NCBI GenBank assembly: GCA_030606485.1
Contig: JAUWGH010000001.1
Location: 780,001-812,000 of the forward strand
Direction: 5' to 3'
Length of the DNA: 32,000 nucleotides
DNA from: Promethearchaeota archaeon
Lineage (GTDB): Archaea > Asgardarchaeota > Lokiarchaeia > Sigyniarchaeales > SOKP01
A program made the translations under genes and the position numbers. Below the pieces are notes generated by a model, which saw nothing but the letters and a program-made list of their open reading frames with translations, was not told the origin of the DNA and made no database searches. Below, piece after piece: positions 8,966 through 17,790 of the stretch (position 1 is its first letter; the number at the start of each line of letters is the position of its first letter).

Positions 8966-11900
8966 TTTGCGCTAAAGCCTCCCTTATATTAATATTGACA
9001 ACTTGACTAATTCCATCAGTAATTGAAATTCCTAATAATTGGTCGCTTCTTTCCATAGTTGGTTCTTTATGAGTGATTAAAATAAATTGTGATTTGGAAG
9101 AAAGTTCTTTAATCATCTCTGCTACAAGAATTGTATTTATCTCATCTAAATTTGAATCAATCTCATCAAGGATATAATATGGTGATGGAACATATTGTTG
9201 GATTCCCAATATCAGGGCAATTATAGTAAGAGCCTTTTCTCCACCTGAAATTGATCGAATCTGACACCACTTTTTGCCCCCAGGTCGTGCCATTATTCTT
9301 AGACCGCCCTCAAAAGGATCATCATGATTTTCTAATTCTAGCTTAGCTTCTCCATTTGGACTTAATTTTGAAAAAATCGTACCGAAATTTTCATTTATTT
9401 GATAAAAAGTTCTCATAAAGACATCTTTTTTCTCTGTTTCAATTTGCTCTATGAAATCAAGAATTGATTGTCGTTCATTTACTACTTGATTATGTTTTTC
9501 AATTAAATCTTCATATCGGTTCTTAATTTTATCATATTTTTCAATTGCTCTCATGTTGACAGGTTCAAGTAACGCTTTTTTCTCTATACAGTCTTTAATA
9601 ATTTCATCTAATTTTTGCTGAGAAATCGATATCTTTTGTTTGATTTCTTGAGGGATGGTATTTTCTTCCTTCTCAAAAAAATGTTCGAAATTTTCTCCGA
9701 ATTCGGTTTTAAATTCATTCAATTGTTCAATTAGATTTTCCATTTTATTCTCTAATGTATTAACTTGAAGTGACTTAGGATGAATTGATGATTTCATCTC
9801 TTCAATTTTTATCCTTAGATCTGTAATTTTTTTTATTAATTGATTTTTTTCATCGATATATTGCCCAAGAATCTGATTTTCTTCCAATATCTTCTCATTA
9901 ATTATATATATTTCTGAATTTATTGATTTAAGAGACCCATCAATGGATGCAATTTCAGATAAATTAATTTTAATTGTTTCTTCTTTTTTAGAAATTGTCT
10001 GTTCAATTTCTTTAATATGATTTTCAAGGAAATCCTCTAATTTTGCTTTGATTTTTGTAATTTTTAATTCAAGTTCTGAAATATTACTTGTAAGGTGGCC
10101 TTTTTCTTCCTCTAAAATTTGAATGTCGTTTTTTATTTTAATATTTTTACTATTTTGAATCCCTTCTTGCAATTTTTTCTCTTGATCTTTTAAATCAGAT
10201 ATTTGATGAATAATTCCATCTAATACCTTCTTATTCTCCGTAAAACTTATTTTAACTTGATTATTTTCATCATCAATTTTTTGAATCTCGCTCTCTAAGG
10301 AATTTAACTCCTTTTCTTTTTCATTTATTCTTTCTTCAAAAAGATTTAATTGTTGGGTTATTTCGTTTAGAGAATTATTTCCTTGAATTCTAGTCTTATA
10401 ATATTCAGTTATTTTCATATCAATCTGCTTAAGTTCAGAAAGTAACATATTTTCTTTATTTCTTAGTTTATTTAAGTCCTCTTCAAGTACTGGAATTTCA
10501 GATTCTTCAATAGTTTTAAATGAGAATCCCATTCTTTTTTTATGGGAACCTCCATGCATTAAATGCGAAACTTCCACTATATCTCCTTTTATTGTAACTT
10601 TTCTCGCACTTATTGGCAATTTTATTGCTGTTTCTAAATCCTTAACGATTATTGTTTTACCAAAAACAAACTCAAACGCTTTTACAAATTGAGAGTTAAA
10701 TTGGATTAAATTAACAGCTCTACCGATTACATTTTCATTAAGATTAATTGTAAAATTTGGGTAATTTACCTTAATTTTATCTAATGGAATAAATGAAGCA
10801 CGTCCGATTTTATTTTCTTTCAAATATTGAATACATTCTTTAGCAGTTTTTTGAGAATTTACTATAATATAATTTAATTTTGCACCACCAGCTACTTCAA
10901 GAGCAATATCATATTTCGAATCAATTTTTCCCAACTGTGATATGGTCCCAAAAATCTCGCCATTTATTATACTTGTATCCTTAATTTTTAGAATTGCCTC
11001 TACTGCTCGATTTTGACTAAAATTTTTAATTGTTTTTATTTTAGATTTGAGAGAAATGAGTTGAATATGTCTATCTTCGATAATTTCTTGTAATCTTTTG
11101 ATCTCGTTAAGTATTTTAATTTTTTCACTTTCTAAATTTATAATATTGTGGGTAATAGTTCCTGTTTTTTCATGCTCTTTTCTTTTTTCATTTAATTGTA
11201 TTAGGTTTTCTTTAAAATTCTGGAGTTCTCTTTTTAATTTGGTTATTTTCTCCTGTGTATTGAGTCTAATATTTTCGAAATTTTGCTGCTTATTTTCCAG
11301 AACTTTCATTTCTGAATAAAGTTGATTTTTTGTTTCTTGGTCTTTTGAAATTTTTTCTCTTAAAATTGATAATTGCTGTTGGATTTCTATATAGGTGGAA
11401 TCGATTTTTTCTAATTTTTTTTTCAAAACATCCAATTCTTGAATTTTAATCGTTAAACTATTATGATGTATATCTTTTTCTTTCTCGAATTGAATTAATT
11501 CTTGTTTTAAATTCTGCTTTTCTTTTTGAATATTTCCTTTTTTATTTACAGATTCGATTATTTCTTGCGATAACTTGTCTATTTCTTTATTTAAATGTTC
11601 TTTTGAAGTTTCATATTTCACTTTTTCTGTTTTTAAATCATTAATTTTTTTTGTTAATTCTAACAATTCATCAGATTCTAGATTCTTTATCTTTTTATTA
11701 ATAATTTCGAGACTTTCATTTATTTCACTTAAGAGATTTCTATTATTTATGATATTTTTTTCTATTTCATTAATTTCTTGATTAATTACTAATTTTTTCT
11801 CTTCAATTTTCCTTATATCAGTGCGAATAGAATTAATTTTTGCAATCAATAAGGCTTTTTCCGTATTTTTTTGTTCATAATCTAAACGTTGATATTCTAG

Positions 11901-12542
11901 TGCATCATTTTTTTCAGACTCAAGATTGGTCAGTTGAATAGAAACTTCGTTTAAAAGAATGGTAATACGAGATATGTTTTCTTCAACTTTTTCCAGCTGT
12001 TTTTCTGCGCTTTCCTTTTTTTCATTATAAGATGCAATTCCAGAAATTTCATCAATTAAAATACGCCTTTCCAAATTCGTCATATTTATTATTCGAAATA
12101 ACTCTCCCTGTAATATCAGATTTGTAGAATTTGGAATAAGATTACATAAATCCATTAAATCCTGTAAATCCCTTCTGGTTGTTCGTCTTCTATTAATATA
12201 ATAATTCCCGTTGCCTTTACTATCAATTTTTCTTGAAATAATGACAGCTTTACTATCAATAGGAATTTTTCCATCTGAATTATCGAAAATAATATCAACT
12301 TGCGCAAAATTAGAAGGACTTTTCTCGACAGAACCCCCATTGCAAATTAAATCTCTCACATTTTTTACTCTCAGCTTATTTCCTGATAACTCTCCAAGAG
12401 CAAAAACGAAAGCATCTAAAACATTAGATTTTCCTGATCCATTAGCCCCTACAATTGCAGAAAATCCCTTGTCAAAGTATATTATAGTTTTATTTCGAAA
12501 ACTCTTAAAACCTTGACATATTATTGATTTAATATAAGGCAT
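8955..12542 (-). CDS. smc: Structural maintenance of chromosomes protein (SMC)
   Basis: 1195 aa. Walker A GANGSGKSN, Q-loop ILQGEL, long coiled coils, hinge (IFGTISQLG, IGRASFIPL), signature ISGGE, Walker B/D-loop ILDEIDSNLD, H-loop ITH. Confidence 0.97.
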   Translation of the reverse strand: MPYIKSIICQGFKSFRNKTIIYFDKGFSAIVGANGSGKSNVLDAFVFALGELSGNKLRVKNVRDLICNGGSVEKSPSNFAQVDIIFDNSDGKIPIDSKAVIISRKIDSKGNGNYYINRRRTTRRDLQDLMDLCNLIPNSTNLILQGELFRIINMTNLERRILIDEISGIASYNEKKESAEKQLEKVEENISRITILLNEVSIQLTNLESEKNDALEYQRLDYEQKNTEKALLIAKINSIRTDIRKIEEKKLVINQEINEIEKNIINNRNLLSEINESLEIINKKIKNLESDELLELTKKINDLKTEKVKYETSKEHLNKEIDKLSQEIIESVNKKGNIQKEKQNLKQELIQFEKEKDIHHNSLTIKIQELDVLKKKLEKIDSTYIEIQQQLSILREKISKDQETKNQLYSEMKVLENKQQNFENIRLNTQEKITKLKRELQNFKENLIQLNEKRKEHEKTGTITHNIINLESEKIKILNEIKRLQEIIEDRHIQLISLKSKIKTIKNFSQNRAVEAILKIKDTSIINGEIFGTISQLGKIDSKYDIALEVAGGAKLNYIIVNSQKTAKECIQYLKENKIGRASFIPLDKIKVNYPNFTINLNENVIGRAVNLIQFNSQFVKAFEFVFGKTIIVKDLETAIKLPISARKVTIKGDIVEVSHLMHGGSHKKRMGFSFKTIEESEIPVLEEDLNKLRNKENMLLSELKQIDMKITEYYKTRIQGNNSLNEITQQLNLFEERINEKEKELNSLESEIQKIDDENNQVKISFTENKKVLDGIIHQISDLKDQEKKLQEGIQNSKNIKIKNDIQILEEEKGHLTSNISELELKITKIKAKLEDFLENHIKEIEQTISKKEETIKINLSEIASIDGSLKSINSEIYIINEKILEENQILGQYIDEKNQLIKKITDLRIKIEEMKSSIHPKSLQVNTLENKMENLIEQLNEFKTEFGENFEHFFEKEENTIPQEIKQKISISQQKLDEIIKDCIEKKALLEPVNMRAIEKYDKIKNRYEDLIEKHNQVVNERQSILDFIEQIETEKKDVFMRTFYQINENFGTIFSKLSPNGEAKLELENHDDPFEGGLRIMARPGGKKWCQIRSISGGEKALTIIALILGIQQYVPSPYYILDEIDSNLDEINTILVAEMIKELSSKSQFILITHKEPTMERSDQLLGISITDGISQVVNINIREALAQIAE

Positions 12543-12778
12543 TTTTTAACCCATAGATGAAAGGAGTTGATATTAAATCTGATTTTCTTTAAAAAATATC
12601 TAGATGTATTTCTAAATAATACAGAAAATTATCATATCAAATAGAATAATATCTACGTAATATGAATGAATAGTTAAATTCAGTTGACTTTTTTTACATT
12701 TAATTTATTGAAATTGGAATATATCAACAATATAAGGAAAATAAGAGATAATTTTTGAGTGAATAAATTTTAAGTTAG

Positions 12779-15079
12779 TTAATTCTTAGTTTTGCTTCGT
12801 ATTTCTTCTATAATAGTGGCATATTTTTCAAGTAGTTTAATTAATTTTTCTTTATCAGGAACTCTTTTTAATTCTTTTTCAAATTTGGGATAATATTTAA
12901 TTAATTTATCATAAAAAGAATTTAGAGATTCTTGTAATTCGTTTTCATTTTTAATTTTCTTAGAAATTGATTTTAAAATATCTAAATATTTTGATTGTGT
13001 TAGACAAGAAGCTAGTTTTTTATAATAATAAATAACGGTTTTTGAATAATCTTCGGGATGGAAATTTATTAAATAATTATCTATATCGAAATCCCAATGC
13101 GGTATAAAGTTTATAAATTTATCATCAGGATTTTCTTTATTGTCTAAAAGATTTAATTCAAGATTTGATTTATTTAATTCCTCTAATAGAGGATACAAAA
13201 CACCTGAACTAACTTTTGTTTCTAATTCAATTATTGGGACAATCTCAGAGATTAAGAATTTATATTCTGGATATTGTTCGGGATTTTCAATCCGATAGAT
13301 ATATTCTTTTTTAATTAATTTAATAATTCTATCCTCAAGAAACTCATCATGCTCTTTTGTAAATGAAACCGTTTTTTCCTTTATAGATTCAGTATGTTTT
13401 TGCTCTGATATTACTTTTTTTGAAAAATTAGTAGAGAGAGATTGAATGAATTTATCTGAAGCTTTCTCTTTATCAATTTTTTTTTGAAGTTGCATTGCAT
13501 CACCAGGCTGTTTTTGAAGGGTTTCTACTAGTTGTTCTGATAGATAATGCCTTGCTTTTTTAGCAGCTTCTCCTTTCTTTTGAAATTTTTCGGTAATTGA
13601 AGTGAATTCAGCATATTTTCTTTCGGGACCTTCCTTTTCTTGTCGTGTTAATACTCTAAAATCAACTTTCTTGTCATCAATTTTACGAATAATTGAATAA
13701 ACAATTCCCTTAGATAATTGCGATGCTTTTATTAATTCTTTTTCAATTAAATCAATTGGAAAGGCTTCACCCCTTCGAATAAATTCATTTCTCAAAATTT
13801 TTAATATTGTTTCCATACTTTTTTCTTCTTCTTTTACAATCTCTTTCTGAATTCGCATAAACATTGAAGTTTCATGAGGTTTTAAGTAATAAACCAAAAT
13901 AGTAAGTCCTAAGAATATTATCATAATAATTGAAATTAAAAATCGATCATGCATTAATAATTCTGAAAACCCACCAATTTCTTGATTTGGAGTGCTAGTA
14001 GCTACAGCGAATCGTGATATGGTTTGTCCTAAAACACAAGCTAAAAAAAACATTATTAAACCGTCTTTTTTAAAGAATAAAATTCGCCATCCCAGAGTAC
14101 CTCCAATTTTTCGTATAATTCTTATTAAAAATATCATTGAAATCAAAAATTCAAAAATAAATAGATACCCAATAATATTTGAGGCTCCACCAAAAGCTCC
14201 TTTTAATGCATCTGATGTTTCTGGTAGAAGAATAGTATATAATGTCACTTGGTAAATTTGATAAAAAAATATGAAAAAAACAATTATAGCAAATGTAAAA
14301 TTATCAAATAATCCCGCTCTTCTGGTTTCTGCTCGCTTCCTAGTAAGAATGAATTCAATAATTATAAACACAATAGTTGTAATCAGTGAAATATATATTA
14401 ATGGCATTACTCTTTTCATTTCAATTAAATAAACTTCAGTTGATCCTATTGGATTTAAAGTTCCCAACAGATCTAGAGTGAGAAAAACAATAAAAGCTCT
14501 AAAAAACCAAGAAATAATTACTAAAAATCCTAAAATTAGAAAAGGAATTAAAAAGATTATGAAATTCCTAAAAATTGAATATTTTGACACTACTTTTGCC
14601 TCAATTTTAGTAGAAAATTTTCTTGAATACGTATAAAATCTTGAACTTTGTAAAATTAGCCAGATCATAGCTAATATTAAAAGAAAGCTCATGTAATTAA
14701 ATTGAAATAGAGTATCTACTAAGGAAAATAGAAAAAACCATCCCGTAATAAGTCCAGAAAAAATTACTATTTGCTTAATAGCAGTATTTTTTTCAAATAT
14801 AAATTGTCTTATTTTATCCACGCTAAATAATATAGAGAGTGAAAAATAAAAAAAAATTAATGCATTTCCAAAAATAAAAGGATCTCCAAACATCACAATT
14901 TGGAAAAAAATATTATCAGGATTATTAATATTAAAAAAAATCATAAAAGAAAAAAACAAAAAAATTCCAAATAACCCCCAAAATTTTTTTCCAAAATAAG
15001 ATTTTGGAGGTTCTTTGCCTTTTACATAAATCTCTTTATTGAAAATGACTCTTTTAAGATTATAATAAATGTTTTTCAT
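12779..15079 (-). CDS. Polytopic membrane protein (about 10 TM segments in the first ~400 aa) with a large cytoplasmic C-terminus containing two winged-helix-like repeats
   Basis: Hydrophobic segments counted by eye; two alignable ~75-aa repeats at about 13604-13816 and 13106-13339. No known family recognised. Confidence 0.8.
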   Translation of the reverse strand: MKNIYYNLKRVIFNKEIYVKGKEPPKSYFGKKFWGLFGIFLFFSFMIFFNINNPDNIFFQIVMFGDPFIFGNALIFFYFSLSILFSVDKIRQFIFEKNTAIKQIVIFSGLITGWFFLFSLVDTLFQFNYMSFLLILAMIWLILQSSRFYTYSRKFSTKIEAKVVSKYSIFRNFIIFLIPFLILGFLVIISWFFRAFIVFLTLDLLGTLNPIGSTEVYLIEMKRVMPLIYISLITTIVFIIIEFILTRKRAETRRAGLFDNFTFAIIVFFIFFYQIYQVTLYTILLPETSDALKGAFGGASNIIGYLFIFEFLISMIFLIRIIRKIGGTLGWRILFFKKDGLIMFFLACVLGQTISRFAVATSTPNQEIGGFSELLMHDRFLISIIMIIFLGLTILVYYLKPHETSMFMRIQKEIVKEEEKSMETILKILRNEFIRRGEAFPIDLIEKELIKASQLSKGIVYSIIRKIDDKKVDFRVLTRQEKEGPERKYAEFTSITEKFQKKGEAAKKARHYLSEQLVETLQKQPGDAMQLQKKIDKEKASDKFIQSLSTNFSKKVISEQKHTESIKEKTVSFTKEHDEFLEDRIIKLIKKEYIYRIENPEQYPEYKFLISEIVPIIELETKVSSGVLYPLLEELNKSNLELNLLDNKENPDDKFINFIPHWDFDIDNYLINFHPEDYSKTVIYYYKKLASCLTQSKYLDILKSISKKIKNENELQESLNSFYDKLIKYYPKFEKELKRVPDKEKLIKLLEKYATIIEEIRSKTKN

Positions 15080-15232
15080 TTTTATTTTAAATTTGTTGTT
15101 ATTTAAACCCTTAACTAAATAAATTCACATATATTGATAATACAATCTAAATTTAATTATATAATATTTAATTTCTGGCTTAATTAAAATATTTTATAAC
15201 TAAAAAATTTAATAACCTTTTATATTTAAATA

Positions 15233-16030
15233 ATGAAAATGGCAGTAGCTGGTAAGGGAGGTACAGGCAAAACATTAATTGCGGGAACATTAGCTAGATT
15301 ATTTGCTCAAGATGGTTATAAGGTTCTAGCTATTGATAATGACTCATCTATGAATTTAAGTTATTCTATAGGGATTGATGAATATATCCGTCAAAAGATA
15401 GTCCCAATAAAAGAAATGCTTGACCTTATAGAGCAAAGAACGGGACAAAGACCTGGTACAGCAAGTGGGGGAATATATAATATAAACCCTAAAGTCTCCG
15501 ATATTCCTGATAAATATAAAATCTATGGTCCTGATGGAGTTCAATTACTTGTTGTTGGTTCAATTGAGGAACCGGCCACGGGATGTCTTTGCCCAGAAAA
15601 TGTTCTAATTAGAACTCTTCTTTATAACCTTTTTGTGCAAAGAGATGAAGCAATAATTGTGGATTTTGAAGCTGGATTGGAACATTTGGGAAGAGGCACT
15701 GGTAAGGGAATAGAGATCATGCTTATTGCAACAGAACCGTCAATAAAGTCAATAGAATTAACTAAACATATACTAAAATTGTCAAAAGGATTAGGAGTAA
15801 AAAACAATTTAATTGTATTGAATAAAATTAAAGACGAAGCAGAATTAGAGATAATTAATAAAAAATTGAAAGAAATTGGATTAAATTCATTTCATGTTAT
15901 TCCTTTTGACCCAGAAATTGGAAAAGCTGATTTAGAGGGGGTTGCACCACTCGATTTTAATCCAAACTCAAAAGCCGTTCAATCGATTCGAGATTTGTAT
16001 AAAAAATTAAAAGAATTCAAACAAAATTAA
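15233..16030 (+). CDS. cooC: CooC/AcsF-type nickel-insertion ATPase (CO dehydrogenase / acetyl-CoA synthase maturation; MinD/ParA-like P-loop)
   Basis: Deviant Walker A GKGGTGKT, IDNDSSMNL, metal-binding GCLCP (CxC), VDFEAGLEHLGRG. Confidence 0.9.
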   Translation: MKMAVAGKGGTGKTLIAGTLARLFAQDGYKVLAIDNDSSMNLSYSIGIDEYIRQKIVPIKEMLDLIEQRTGQRPGTASGGIYNINPKVSDIPDKYKIYGPDGVQLLVVGSIEEPATGCLCPENVLIRTLLYNLFVQRDEAIIVDFEAGLEHLGRGTGKGIEIMLIATEPSIKSIELTKHILKLSKGLGVKNNLIVLNKIKDEAELEIINKKLKEIGLNSFHVIPFDPEIGKADLEGVAPLDFNPNSKAVQSIRDLYKKLKEFKQN

Positions 16031-16085
16031 TAGTAAAAAATTTATATATGAAAATTTGATTTTAGAGTATAGGGAAAAATTTTTT

Positions 16086-16349
16086 ATGAGCGAAGATAAT
16101 TTAAAACTTCAAGAATATGTCAGAAAAGCAATAGAACTCTTGTGTCAAAAGAACTTTTCAGATGTAGTTATATTAAGCTCTTATAAAATCAATTCCGTTT
16201 TACGAGAGTATTTTGGTGTAGATATTAAAGTGGATAGAGTTGGTCGAATGCTTGCGAATATTGCCAAGAAAAATCAATTAAAAAGACTTAAAACAAATAT
16301 TCCTAAATATTCTTTAAAAATCTCTCGTTTATCAAAACTTAAATTCTAG
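16086..16349 (+). CDS. Small basic hypothetical protein, possible winged helix-turn-helix
   Basis: 87 aa from ATG16086 (track starts at TTG16056). Three predicted helices (LQEYVRKAIELL / SSYKINSVLREYF / VDRVGRMLANIAKK) followed by a beta-hairpin-like LKRLKTNIPKYSL. Confidence 0.55.
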   Translation: MSEDNLKLQEYVRKAIELLCQKNFSDVVILSSYKINSVLREYFGVDIKVDRVGRMLANIAKKNQLKRLKTNIPKYSLKISRLSKLKF

Positions 16350-16371
16350 ACATATTGAATTAAAAAAGGAT

Positions 16372-17787
16372 TTATATTTTTTTTACTTTCTTAATAGATT
16401 TTTGTAATGTTTCTAATTGAGAGGCTAATTTTTCAGTTTGTTCTTTAGTTACAGATAATTTATCTGAGATATTATTAATTTCCTCATTTAAGATCTCGTT
16501 GAATTTGGTTGATATTGTATTAACTTTCTGATTTATTCCCGATATTGTTTTTTCCGTATTTTCATTTGTATTATTAACAATTTCAGTTTGTTTATTTACA
16601 TCTTGAGAGATTTTTTCTTGAATTTTTTCCAAATCCTCAAAAATTTTTGAATTTTGTTTTATTTTTTCTCCAATTTCATTTATTTTTTGACTAATATTTT
16701 CATTGATAATTTTGACAATATCTTCAACGATAAGATCAATGTTATCATTAATTTCTTTTGTAAGTTCAATTTCAGAATCTAATCTTTCTTGTACTTGGTT
16801 TTTGATTTCCAATTTAAATTCTTCCATTTGAGTTGATAAAGTTTTTTCAAACCATTCTTCTACTTTTTTAATACCTAAATCTATTGAATTCTGCATAATA
16901 GAAATAGTATTAGCTATAAAAGCTGAACTCTTAGAAGTACCAACTGTAATATCATGCGTCCATTTATTTATTTTGTCTTGAAATGTTGGTAAAAAATTGT
17001 CTTTAAGTTCTTGGGTGCCCTTCACAAAACCATCTATAGTAGGCTTTAAGGGAGATTCCTCTTTCATTTCAACTATCTCTCCTTCAGTAGGTTTAGGAAT
17101 TTCTTGAAGGTCTCCAATTTCATCATATTCTTTTATTATAATGGGACTTTCTTTTTGGGATTCTTCAACTAGATTTTTAATAATTTTGAAAAAATCTAAG
17201 GAATCTGGAGGCTCGACTTCTACAACAATTTCATGATAATCACTTTTTTCACCTAATTTATAATTATCTAATCTGAAGGATTTAAACCCTAATGAATCGT
17301 TTTTTCCCATTTGGGAATGATCAAATACAACTGCAAAGGCATCGGGTGTTCCTTCCTTTTGCCAAAATAAATGATTTTTAATATCTGTATTTGTAAAAAT
17401 TAATCCTAATCTTGGGTGGCTATGATACCAACCAATTATAGACATATTCTTTTTATTAGCCTCTTCATCAATAGAAGCAAATTTCTTGTAATCTAGATCA
17501 TTAAATTCGATATCAATACTTGATCCATGATTTATAGGAACAGCTTCATAACAAATTAGATTTTTTCCTTTTTCTGCCTTTTTTCCGATACAAACACCTA
17601 GAACTTCTACATTTTTCTCAAGACCTTCGCTACCGAAGCGTAAAACATGAGAAATCATAGTAATATAAGCATCTGATTTTATTATTACTTTTCCTTCATG
17701 TGAAAAATCTTTATCAACTACTTTATCTTGAGAAAGTCTTTTGCCAGGTGGCTTAAGTCCTTTATCCAGGGGTGGTTCTTGAGACAT
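16372..17787 (-). CDS. JAMM/MPN domain protein (Rpn11/CSN5-like) with a long C-terminal helical stalk; paralog A
   Basis: EVLGVCIG (catalytic Glu) and GWYHSHPRLGLIFTNTD (HxHx7[T]x2D, 17383-17424); about 225 aa of coiled-coil-like C-terminus. Confidence 0.9.
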   Translation of the reverse strand: MSQEPPLDKGLKPPGKRLSQDKVVDKDFSHEGKVIIKSDAYITMISHVLRFGSEGLEKNVEVLGVCIGKKAEKGKNLICYEAVPINHGSSIDIEFNDLDYKKFASIDEEANKKNMSIIGWYHSHPRLGLIFTNTDIKNHLFWQKEGTPDAFAVVFDHSQMGKNDSLGFKSFRLDNYKLGEKSDYHEIVVEVEPPDSLDFFKIIKNLVEESQKESPIIIKEYDEIGDLQEIPKPTEGEIVEMKEESPLKPTIDGFVKGTQELKDNFLPTFQDKINKWTHDITVGTSKSSAFIANTISIMQNSIDLGIKKVEEWFEKTLSTQMEEFKLEIKNQVQERLDSEIELTKEINDNIDLIVEDIVKIINENISQKINEIGEKIKQNSKIFEDLEKIQEKISQDVNKQTEIVNNTNENTEKTISGINQKVNTISTKFNEILNEEINNISDKLSVTKEQTEKLASQLETLQKSIKKVKKI

Positions 17788-17790
17788 TCT

